From NCBI GenBank assembly GCA_964106915.2, contig OZ066922.1: DNA of 64,000 bases; one strand, written 5' to 3'. The notes beneath the pieces are model-generated. The model searched no databases and had not been told where the DNA came from. It worked only from the letters and a program-made list of their open reading frames with translations. This document shows positions 1 through 12,300 of this stretch, one piece after another. The DNA is from Podarcis gaigeae. Its lineage: Eukaryota. A program made the position numbers and the translations under genes. How positions within the stretch are numbered: position 1 is the first letter of the stretch; every line of letters starts with the position of its first letter.

Positions 1-112
1 AAATCATACATATATTAAACACACCATCGCTGCTTACTTCCATCACAGTCCAGACCCCACCAGAAAAAGTGTTCACAATATTAACTAATCATATTGTTGA
101 AATACAGCAAAA

Positions 113-140
113 GAATGAATGAATGAATGAATGAATGAAT
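113..140 (+). repeat. (GAAT)n microsatellite
   Basis: Direct reading. Confidence 0.95.
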
Positions 141-215
141 AATAAAATGAGCAAAGTACGACAGCTAAAAATTCTCTACAATGTAATCTGGATTATTATT
201 TTTTTAATCACTTAC

Positions 216-353
216 CTGGGAGATTTATTGTTTGGTCCCCGAGAAAGAGGCGTCTTGCAATACTCCTCCTGTACCAGGCTCTTGGAAATGCTAAAATCTC
301 ACTTAGTCTCCTCATGTCATATTTAAAGGAAGCAGATCCTATATCACACACAG
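216..353 (-). CDS. BLTP1: BLTP1 exon 60 (VCDIGSAS...INLP)
   Basis: TAG/GTAAGT, 138 nt. Confidence 0.93.
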
Positions 354-3300
354 CTAATAAAAGAATTAAAAAAAGTAATAAAACTGGATGTGCAACAATA
401 TGCTCCGAATTGCTTTCCTCCTTTTTAAGTAAGTTTAGCTAATTATATTTACATAGTATATTTACATATCGCTTCACACAATCAGAGGCATCCCCAAATG
501 ATTTACAATAAGAAAATACATAAGAAATGCAATGAAATAATAAAATACTAAATAACTTGTTCAATCAAATACTAAAAATGTTGGTATGAAGAAAAAGACA
601 TCTCAAACAGCACAAAATAACTACACCTGCTGCACAGCTTGAACACCAGTATCCACCAAAAGCCTAACCATCAGTACTGCCCAACTGCCCAGGAGAAAGG
701 TTAGCCATACATGTGGCAGGGGGAAAATATGTAAAGGTTCTGATCCTTTTCCCATCCCAAACAAGGAGGCTGCCAAACAGCGTTTTCAAGTTTTTCCATT
801 GGATTTTGGTGTTTCACCCTGGGTAAATCCCCTGTTCTGATCAACTAAGCGGGAGCAGCAAGATGGTGGGGAGGGGATGTTAGCTGTTGAACAGGTTGTA
901 GCCCAGAGTAGTTCGAAGGGCTCTGGATTCTAGTACATGGTGATAATTCATATTTCACATTGGTGCCAAGTGAAATAGTTGAGATGGAGCTCAAATTATG
1001 AATTATTTATCAATGTATTATCTCTATCACGAAGACTAGGGCTCTACCCAATTACATCTAGAAGACCCACATTTTTAGAGTCTAATTATATTTGGTTTCA
1101 ACTATAACATATTGCAGGCAAATATTAGCCTTAATCTTATGAGTTGTAAATTGTTCACGTTTCCTTCCTTTAAAAATCATGCTTATAGAATGGGGCTCGA
1201 AATCAAAATTAATTCAAGCAAAATGTTCAAAGGCAAACCTGGGTCTTGTCTGCATTTTCAGCATCTTAGCAGAACGTCTCATGAACAGGAAGTGTAACTC
1301 TAAACAATCAGGCCTTATCCTGTCTGTGATGCAGATAACTGTAGATTTCACAGAATTTGTATGCATCCAACATCCAGAACCATGTTAGTTCAGTCACAGC
1401 TCCAGTCAAAGCCCATGTTGTCAAAAAATCAACTTGATGACATGATACGAGCACAGGCCATATCCAATGCTGTGCAAGCAGAGTTCCATTCCCTTTTCTC
1501 CACCCAAAGTCTGCTCCATTCCCTGCCCCAGGGTGTGGGGTGGGCAGGGAATGGAGGTGACAGGAGAGGATGAAGAAGTTCTGTTCTGTGCATGGAAATC
1601 TGTTGTGTCAGCAGAACAGCAGCACAGACTTATTTTTAAAAAGCTTGGTGATCAATTCATTTAATGCAAAGTGAGCTGTGCAGCTATGAGGCACCAGGCA
1701 ATGGCTTTTTCTACCTGCCTTGCCCCGCAATCCAGCCTAGGAGCCTTTCCTAGACCACAACTTTAAAAACAGCAGAAGTAGCTGGGAAGAGAGAAGAGGA
1801 GTTCAGGGATTTATTTTTTAAAAATAATTTTATAAGTTGTGTGTCTATGATTCTCAATTTGATCCTTTTACACGGTTTTGTGTGTGTTGTATTTCATGCA
1901 TTTTGACTTGTTGTTACTTTTATTGATTACAGTTTAGTAATTTTTTATTGTAATTGTTAAAACTGCATTTCTTTTATTTATTTATTTTTCATTTAATTAT
2001 TATATGCTGATGTTTAATTTTATTGTGTACTGTTATACTCTAATGGATTACTGAATATTACTTTGCTACAAGTTGTTTATTTTCCAGTTATGTTTTTATT
2101 ATGACTCTTTTTGCACTGGATCAGACTGCCATATGGTGTATGATCTTTGTTGTATATTTTGTTGCTTCTTCAGCTTGTAAACCGTGTATAGTAATATAGA
2201 AAGACGGTACATAAAAGTGAGATGAAAATAGAGGTAGAATATAATATCGCAAGAAAACAATGCTAATTACTGTTACACCCATAAATGCAGTGGAGCATAT
2301 ACAACCAGGGTGCATGGTGGACTAGGTCCAACATTAAACAAGATTGATAAATACCAGATATGTTTATTAATGTAGTATCCATTTTGCTTGCAGATTTGCT
2401 TGCAGACATGCTCTCAAAAAAGGTAGCACCTCCTGAACGCCTTATTCTTGAAAGGCTAACTTTTACAAACTCTAGATTGATGCTCAATGAATCTTTACGA
2501 CCAGTAACTGACGAGGGTTCTTCATCTACATTTCCTGAAACCATAAGGAACAGTATAAGAGTTTTCACTTGTTTTGAAGCACCCTAAGTTGTTCTTACTA
2601 GTGCCTGCATATTTCAGCTTAGCACAAAAAGACATAGGCACTTTGGGCTGTGTAACACAAACTGTTGATAATAGCAGCTATATATCTCACTTGTTCTTTA
2701 AAAAAAAATTGTAAAAATCAGCTAGGAAGGATTTTGCATATACTAGTGGAAAGGACACTAACACACCCATGAACTCTATGAAATGCATACACAGAAAACT
2801 GCATCTTTAATGTACGTCCACATGTATTGAAATGATTGGCTTTTCATAGCAATAGAAAAATACTTTTTGCAGAAACTCTTTTGTATTTCTCTAAGAACAT
2901 CCGCCCCACCAAAGCTTAAGAACAACCAATACACGTTTGTGAAATTTTATATTCTGCAATTACCTAGGGATCCTGATCCAGAAGACAATCCTGCCACACT
3001 GGACTTCTGCTTCCCTGCTCCATACGGATGAAATACGTAGAGAGAGAAATCGGACATGCAGGCAGTGAAGCTCAGACCTGAAGAACTGCTGCTAGCACCT
3101 GTCAAATCTGACTGGCTGCTACTATGCCGTGTTCTCCCAAAAGGACTGCCCAGTCCAGGTGATGAACCTATAGTGCAAAATGAAAGAAAAATTTTAAAAA
3201 TAGCACATATTAAATAAATTACATGTACCTTAGTTCAATCCTAAAGATCAGCCATGAGTTCTCTCTTGATTATTCCATTTGAACCATCAAATATGATGAT

Positions 3301-6300
3301 ACAGACATGTAAAGATATGACTCCCCAGTGTCATACACCAAACTGTTGCTTTCAACACTTCCTTCAAATTAAAAAAAGTAGCTTTACACAAGACAAAACA
3401 ACCTACAACTCAAATTCCCATTCTGATACACACAACAAATTATTATTTATGTGTACATGGTGCTTTACAGACAACAGAAGCAAAAATTTGATGAATGTTG
3501 CCCTTAGGATATTAAATCTAAATTTTGACAGTGAGGAGTTAACTGGAGAAACAGAACAAAGATAGAAGAGATGTTTCCCCCTTCTTAAAAAAAGTAAATC
3601 ACTTAAACATTTAAATGTTTCCAAAGAGTAAATAACAATGCACTGAATACTTTGGTTCAGTGTTACATGCACAAGCCTGAAGGCTCATGCACATCGCTCG
3701 CCTCCTCTTGCACAGGAGACTAAAAGCTTCCATTTTTAATTAGCTGAACCCAGACATTTCAGGGCCTAATGCGGCCCGCTGGTTGGTTTAATCCGGCCCC
3801 TGTGGCTGTCCATCTCCTGGGGGATAAAACCCCAACAACAACTTCAATCCTTAAAAAATGTTAACAACTTTGGTTGGCCCTCACGAATGTTCACTTCATC
3901 AAATCTGGCCCTCTTTGAAAAAAGTTTGGGCACAACTGGTTTAAGGAAACAAGCCAACTTAAACTGTGGCTGATTCTTCTTTCCCTGAACAATAGCTAAC
4001 ATTAACTACAGTTCTCAGTTTGCACAAAATTAGAATCATAGAATAATAGAATTGTTGAGTTGGAAGGGACCATGAGGGTCATCTAGTCTAACCCCCTGCA
4101 AAGCAGGAATCTTTTGGGCAACATGACTCTGACTCTGAGATTAAGAGTCTCATGCTCTACTAGTTTCTGCAGTTTGTTGAAAATGGAAAATGCAGCTGTG
4201 CCAAATAATGAAATATCAGACCGGGGGGGGGGGGGGGGGGGCTCATCCAGGTTAATTCCTGAAGTGAATCTAAATGGAGCCATTCCATAACGGAATTGTT
4301 TTGCACACCTCTGAATAACTAGAAATGTAACAGGATTTTTAAATTTCATTTTTTTACCTGGTGAGACAGTTTTAGAAGGCATCTTAGATCCACTTTGCAT
4401 AGCATTTTCCGTGGGACAGCTTGTACCTAAAGTTTCTAGCTCCCCTCGATTCGAAGAAAATACAAGATCAAGGGAGGGAAGTTTCAACATGCATTCCACC
4501 CGTGACACAGGTAAGCAGCTGAACTTGATCTGTGAAGGCTGAACAAGAGAGAAACACATATTTAGGACACATATCAAACCATATAATCAGAACAGATACC
4601 AGCAACTTCTGTTAACTTTTCTTTTATGCCTTTATGCGAGTGGACTATGATAGCCACTTGGCGGTGACATAGCACCCACTGGAGATGACATCATTCAGCT
4701 CCAAGGAGCTTACCATATACAGTCTGACAGCAGGGAGAAAACAGTAAGGAATAAGGAGGTTAGTATCCTCTACTAACCAAAGTGATATTGTTTGTGGGAG
4801 AAATGCTTGGAGGACAACTTCCATATGAGCAAATAAAGAAATTTAGGTTGCTTTATCTCACATAACAAGAATGACACATGAATCAGCCTGTCTTAGGCTC
4901 TTATCTGTGCTAGTGTAGATGCCTGGATTATTATAATTTCGACAACTACGCTAAGAGCACAGATTGACTGTCCCCTCTCTAGCTGTTTCCGCAGTCTTAG
5001 GATTTAGCTATATTGTAAATTCATTGGAATAAGGGTGGGATACAATGTAACAAATCAAGATATTAAGGTGTCAGTTCTCCCCCTTTAAACATTTCCAAAA
5101 ACTGTGTAACACATACAAATAACTATCAGTTTTGCCATTGACTCTAATGGGACATGAACTGCCCTCAGTATGTAACTCATGTCCTCACCTGGACTCTTAC
5201 ATACACTACAACATCAACAGGGAAGGATGAATATGCCGATGTTGATGAAGATACTAAGGAGGCTGTAGATTCTTCCAAAGGGTCTTGCATGTCAAACTGC
5301 CCCATATCCTCATCCTGTGAAGTGACAGCTAAAAAAGAAAAGAAAAAAGAACCAAGGATATAATTAAAACAGAAAGGAACATTTTAATGGAAGTGGATCA
5401 TAAAATAAAAGATGTGGTAGAAACAACCTGTGATACCTGCATAATTCCTTTCTATTGGAGTTATAGGAATTGTTTCAAGGGCCTTCTCCAGGAAGTCTAA
5501 CAGGCAGGGGCTAATCACCATTTCCTCTGGCAAGGACTGGAGTGCAACCCAAGCGTATAGTTTTGCAGTTTTTACACCACCACTTCCTTTTCCTTTGGCT
5601 GAAAAGTTTGAGGAAAAAACGGTTTAGTGGAATACTAATTCAACCATTTCAATTAGAGTACAAATTAAAATACAAGGTGTGTTTATTTAGGTCAATATCA
5701 CTCAAACCATTCTGGATGATTAAGACAACAATTTACTCCTGTCCAATGGACTAAATCCCATGAGGTTTTTCCATGTACAATGTTGCTTCATGTTGATTCA
5801 ACTAAAACATATTTCAGTGCTTTGTCTTCAGCTCTGCTAACTCCTGCTTTCGGCACTCTCCCCTCCAACAAGCTGCCACTGCTGTTTCGCCTCCAATGCT
5901 TGCAGCCTGGTCCCCCATGGCACTGTTGCATTCTGCTCCCAACGCGTGGTTGCTGCCACACAGGAAGAAGTCAGGTTCCTTTTGGACTGCCTTATAGGTT
6001 TCTGATAGTGCCACCCCCACCAATCCCTGCAGGGAAGAAGGTAGCCTCACTGCAGCCACTGATGAGAGAGATTGTGAGGCAGGTGCCGACTGCACACATG
6101 CTTTGGACATGAGCACAGTGATCTAGACATTAGTATTTTGCTCACTGCTGCTGCAGCTAGTGGCCTGAAGCAGATGGGACTGACAAGGGAGCTGAGGAGA
6201 CACAATGAACAATGGAAAAAAGAACAAATGGGGAGGAGTAGAAAAAAATCCTGTAAGACTTTCACAGGCAGCAACAACTGAGACGAAGAGTGAGGCGAAA

Positions 6301-9300
6301 GTCTCTGGTAAGGAGGAGGGAAAAGACTGCGATAAAACCACACTGAGGAGAAAACAAAGTAAATCACTCAAGTCTCAAAAGATCAGGAACCAACCAGAGA
6401 CATGGGTTGTTACCTCACAACGCACTCACACAAAAACGCAAATAATAACGCACAGGCCTGAGAAGTAGAAGACAAGGGAAAGAACACACTCTAAACATCT
6501 GCTTCAAGTAAAGGCAGGAGTAAACTGATACTTCAGAGGGAAAGAAATCCAGAAACTTTCTTTGCAGCAACAGCAGTCTCGCTTTCAAACGCTAGGGGGA
6601 ACTTAAGTTCCAGCTGAGGACATACTACACTCAGAAGAACGGATAAAAAGGAGGAGCACATATTTACTGTTTTTTCGAGATAAGAAACAACATGCAAGAA
6701 CAAAGTGTGATTTGTTCTTCGCTTGTTCTTAGTTTGTGGCTGGTGGGGAGAGAGTTTAATCCTGAGTTCTGGTTCTGAAGACACAATAAATTAAACCTTA
6801 GGTTAGCATAAGAACAGGGCAGGAGCAAAGCCGCTGCAAGCTCCTCTCCAGAAATCTGCACATTCGCATGATCCTGATAAGCCACAGTTTGGGTTACACT
6901 GTGTCAGGCAAACCAGGCAAATATGTATGTAGACTGGGTCATATTATAATGCTTGATTTCAGTCACACAACTTTCAGGGCCGAGGCCTCTGAAGTAAAGG
7001 CAAAGTAAGTAGAGAAAATTAGTTTTATTTGGTGAAATAAAGTTTCTACAAAGAGAAAATCTAATAGAAAAAGAACAAGAAATCAATGAGAGTCGTTAAG
7101 GTACAGAGAAGTTTCTATCCAGTAAATTTTAGCAAAAATTAGAATTATTGAATAGTACTGGGTGTCTATCAGTATGTTTTAGGAGTTAATAACCATGATC
7201 ATATCAATCTAGTAGGATGGTTTATTAAACTATGAAGCAGATTTAGATCTAAGCATGGAACTCCACAGTATGGAGAGAATTAAAGCAAAGGTACAGCATG
7301 TAAAAGAAATCTCTACCTGATGGGAGAGGTGGGGGTTGGGGAGGAAGTAAAGATTTAGCTTTGCTGTAGGTAGGAGGCATGGCAGTATCTTTCATACCAT
7401 ACAACTTGGATTCTTTGGATAGGGTTCTTGGCAGAGATGACCCTCGGGATGCATTTGGCGATTCAGTCTTTAACATCTTTGAGTTATAATGTAGCTGAAA
7501 TGAAAGAAAAGTGTAGATCCATCACCAGTGTGTGCCACAAATGAAAAAACCCTGCCTATTTATGCATTCACAGCCACAGTTCCCACATCTAGGCAGAGCA
7601 ACAGTTTCTTCAAAACTTCTTTTTGAAAAGAAGGAAACCTATTATTTGAAGCAAAGCTTTATACTGAAACATAAACATCTTCAATTCAAAACTGCTCTAA
7701 TGCACTAGAAGAAAAGTCTTGCCAAACTGGCAATATTCTAGCTGTCATTTTCTCACAGGTAATTATTGTCTTTGCGTTGGGTTTCTGGGCTGCTGTCCTT
7801 ATATCATTTATACAAGTTTGATAATTTTATTATTGTGATTTATCATCTATTATATTTTTAACTGTTACTGGGTGTTGCCTGGAGTATTTTCTTTAAAAGA
7901 GAGAGAGAGAAAAGATGGTGTATTTTAGAAGAAAATAAACAGGCTTTGTTCAGGCTCTAGTTTGCATTCCATAGTGTTAGAAACTCTGCATATTTGTTTT
8001 GCCTAGAAATATCACAGGTGGTATCTCCTGCATTTTATGGCCCTTAAGGCTCATGGTACAAATGCCCAAACAGTACATTGCCAGTGCCATGTCTACAAAA
8101 GAGCAAGGACAGCAAAAGCACCATCCTTGTAAGCACTTTATGTAACCTAACTTTCACTACATGAAGTTTCCATCCACTCAAAACACTGACAATGCCCAAG
8201 CATTAACCCACCATAATATGCTTTAGAATGGAATGCTCATCTCAGCAGATACATCTCAGGGTTTGTACTGATACCTTATTTAATGGTAAAATCCAGGTTT
8301 TGTCACATACTGATTTTATACCAGAGGCTGGGTTAAAATGTAAGAATTACCCCGCTGGGTCAGATCAAGTTCCATCTAGCCCAACATATTGTTTCTAAAA
8401 GTTGCTTGTCTGGTTAGGTTAGCATTTCCAGGATTTACCTTATCTTGAAGGTTTCCACACTTCAACTTGGTAACAAGGTTGCCGTGTAAACCATGGAGAC
8501 TGTAATAACAGACAATCCATATCTGCATCATACCTTGTAAACCCAAAATAACTGTCACTTATCTAAAATAGGATTTGTACTTCACTGCATATGTGTAATT
8601 GTCAGCATCACAGAAGCTGCACTACTGACATTAGGAGTTAAGGGATAAAAAAACCTGTGGTTGTACTTGATCACCTTTGTTACAAGGAAAAGACCAACAT
8701 CTCCCAGCTTTCCTCCATGCTTTTTTACCTTCACATCTACACCAGGAATGTAAAATACTGTTGTTTCCAGGTCACCAGACTTCGTCTGCAGAGATGATGG
8801 AACTTTCTTTCCAGCCAGTAAGTGAGTAGTTGATGCATAGTTAGTTTGAAATTTCTTCTTTCTTGAAGGAGACTCTTGATCTAAACTTCTGGAACTGCGA
8901 TCATAGCTTCTAAACAGTAAACAGCAAGGCACAGCATGACTTAACAGGAATGTAAGTGTAACATTATGTTATTTCCAAAGCTGAAAGTGAGCACTGCTAG
9001 GAATAATTGAAGATAAACCATGGGTTGGATTCAGAATTCTGTAAGCAGAATTCTGTACATGGAATGAGGTGCTTTGCGTCCTAGCTTCTCCTTCTCTTGA
9101 AGGCTCCTGTTGCCTCAAAAAATATTCTCCAGAGAGTTGAGGGCTCCTCTAGAAGAGTGTAGGAGATGGTGTGGAAGGCTGTATGCAGAATTAGTGCAAA
9201 ATGCTTCCCCCTTCTGTTCATGGAAGCCTCTACTGGATCCAAGCCTCTTCTGTGAATGCAAAGACTCCTTCCATTGTAGAGGAGTACCTCTGGGTCTAAC

Positions 9301-12300
9301 TGTATATAGTATAATATTTATGTCTGTTTCATTTATTATACTGCCTCCTTGAGCATTTTATTCAGGACTCCATTTACACAGACACAAACTGGAAGTAATA
9401 AAATATGATAACTGCTGCTGCAACCCTGCAGACATTTTGGTTGCTTAAATTCAACTGAAGTAGATACAAGTCCCATCTATGCAAAACTGCGGCCTAAGAA
9501 TCTTTCCTATCACAATGGAAAAGAGCCACCTGAATGTGGTTATGTTCCATCTATTTATTCATGATTTAGAGAAGATAAACAGATCTGATCCATCAAGTTC
9601 TGTATCAGAGTTCTTGATACTAACCAAGGCTTCACATCTATAAAAACAATGGATATTATTTAATGTTGCTGAATGGAAAAAACAATGGCTACCTATTTAG
9701 ATCGTTGCCTTAAAATAAAATTGTTCATTCCTTAAATTTTTTGTATACGGGACATAAAAATTACCATGAACCCTGTAGCATATGGCATATAATGTAAATT
9801 GCCGGTTAATCTTATGGAGACTTGGAGAAGATTTGTGTCAGAAGCATGCTGCTCTTCTCAGTATGGCTTAGTGAACCTGCTCCGCTTCCAGCAGGCCTCT
9901 TACCTCCTTAAGCTTATGTCATCATGCTCTTGCTGAAGCGTTGTTGGATGAAGCACACACTTTCCACAATCAATTTCAACTCTCACATCAAGTTCAAAGT
10001 CAATATTCCTCTCTGTAGTTGTGCCAGTCACACTTCTGCTGGCCGGAGATGTTGGCCACCGTTCAGTAAACAACTGGTGGACAGCAGCAAAACCTGTTGC
10101 TTTCTTGCGAGAAAGAGTCCTGTAGAAACCAAACAACTGTTTTGGAGCTCTTGACGAAAAGAAGCTTATCCAACTTATTTCATGTCAGGACTTGAAATGT
10201 TTCTTTAGTGTTTTACTATGCTACATGCAAGGGCCAAACTATATGCGAAGTGGATGTGTTTTACTTTCATTGGAAGCAGCTGTTCTAGAGTAAGATTACC
10301 AGATTTTTTTCCAATGCATCCGGGGACACTTTTCAACTTCAGTAGGAATGATATGGTTTTGTATGGGGACTGATTTGTAGAAACAGGGACTGTCCCCGGG
10401 AAACAGGGACATCTGGTAACCTTATTCTAGAGGCCGCCCCCCAACTTGGTTGGATTGCGCTGTGATGCTGCTGGGGGAAGGAGGCTTACCTCTTTCCTCC
10501 AGGTCTCACTTAAAGTCTGTTCTGACTTAAATCACTTAAATATGACTGCCCCCAAGCCACAAGGGGGCATCCAAATCACCCTCCCTCTTGTTGCTTCCAT
10601 AAAAGACACTGGGAGATCCGTAATCAGGTATACTCTTCCGGTAAAGGGGAGGAAGTTAAAAAAAATAAATCCGAATACATGCAGCACACTTATCTTAAGT
10701 TGATATTGCAGTGCACATGTGATTCAGATCATTCAAGCATTTACAAGGGATTTAGGAAAACAGCAAATGCTTTATATGGAAGCAGACTATTAGCCAACCT
10801 GTAGCCCTCCAGATGTTAAGAGTGATGGATTTCTTTATCTAAATTATTGTTAACGAAAAGCTTAACCTCTCCAATTAAGATATTGTTTTTAATATCATGC
10901 TCACTGTGCTTTCCTGTAAAAATAAGGCCTCTCTCTTTCATGATCATCTTCCTTTTCAGAATCCTCACTAGTTGAAGACAAGCTGTCATCTCGTCTTCCT
11001 TCTTCAGGCTGGAAGGGAATGCTTGGTGAGAAGACAGCTGGAGTTTTGGGTGAATTGAATACTGAGCATGATCCTTCACTAGTGGATGAGTAATGGGATG
11101 GACCATCAATGGTTACTGACAAAAGATCCAATTCTGTCTCCTCTGGAAACTAATTGCAAAGAAAAAAAAAAGACATTCAAGTTATAGCTACTATCTCTAT
11201 CAAAGGGAGTGGGGAGAAATCAGATGTCTGAAAGGCAAAGCACATCAAAAAATTATCCGAAGTAATATTTATTACTTTGGACAGTCCAAGGAAATTAAGC
11301 CATGAAACACGTTTACAAACAGATGAGTGAATGATCTAGGACAAGCACCTTAGAAAGAGAAATTAAAAAACAAAGCAATAAGCTTATGCTGGGAATACAT
11401 ACTAGTATGTATGATGATTTTATTTTAAAAAATTAAAAGCAAAGCTACAGAACAGCAAGAAACCCCAAGACCACCTACAAATAAGAGGAATGAACAGAAA
11501 TTGTTAGTGAATGGATGTGCATGCAAAATTCTGGTACAAAATGTATAATACTATCTTTACAGATATGCTTTTAAAACTCAAAATAAAATAATTAATTCGA
11601 CCCTAGGCATTTTTAAGGATAAAAGGTTTCAAGAGGCCTTCATGAATACTGGTTTCGATTTAGATGAGCATTTAAGTTTCAAGGAATGCTGCAATATGTA
11701 TAGGGATCAGGATGTGCCAAATTTATGATTCTATCCTGGCTTGCTTTCCTGGTTTGTTAACCGACAATAAACCAAAGTTAATTGATTTGGACATAATAGG
11801 GAATATGCATATACAATTCAGATGTCATTAGAAAATGACATGTTTAAAGTGTTTTGTGTATTTTCCTTTTGATTCCCATACTTTGAGCAATGATTTATGC
11901 CTCAAAGATCTTGGGTTTAAACATCCTGATAGAATGTTTTGGGCACTCATTTAGATTGTCATTCATCACCCATTATTTTAAGGAGTGGAATCTTGTCTTG
12001 GCCTTTTTAGAACTATCAGTGTCAACATTCTTGGTTTGTTTAACGAGACAGGATACATTTCTGATGAGGAATAACTGATCTTTCATCAGCAATCTGTCAC
12101 TGACCACATCAGCTGAAACAGTCAGCCTATGACAATAATCTAAAATTTAGCTTCATATTTCTGACTTACAAGGTCCTCTACCACCTGCCTTTGTTTTAGA
12201 GATATCGATTTGTAGTTTTAAAGTTTTAGCAATCCAAATATGTTAAATACATCTTACAACCAACCAGACTTCCATGGAGAACAAGCTCCAGAAAAAGAGA

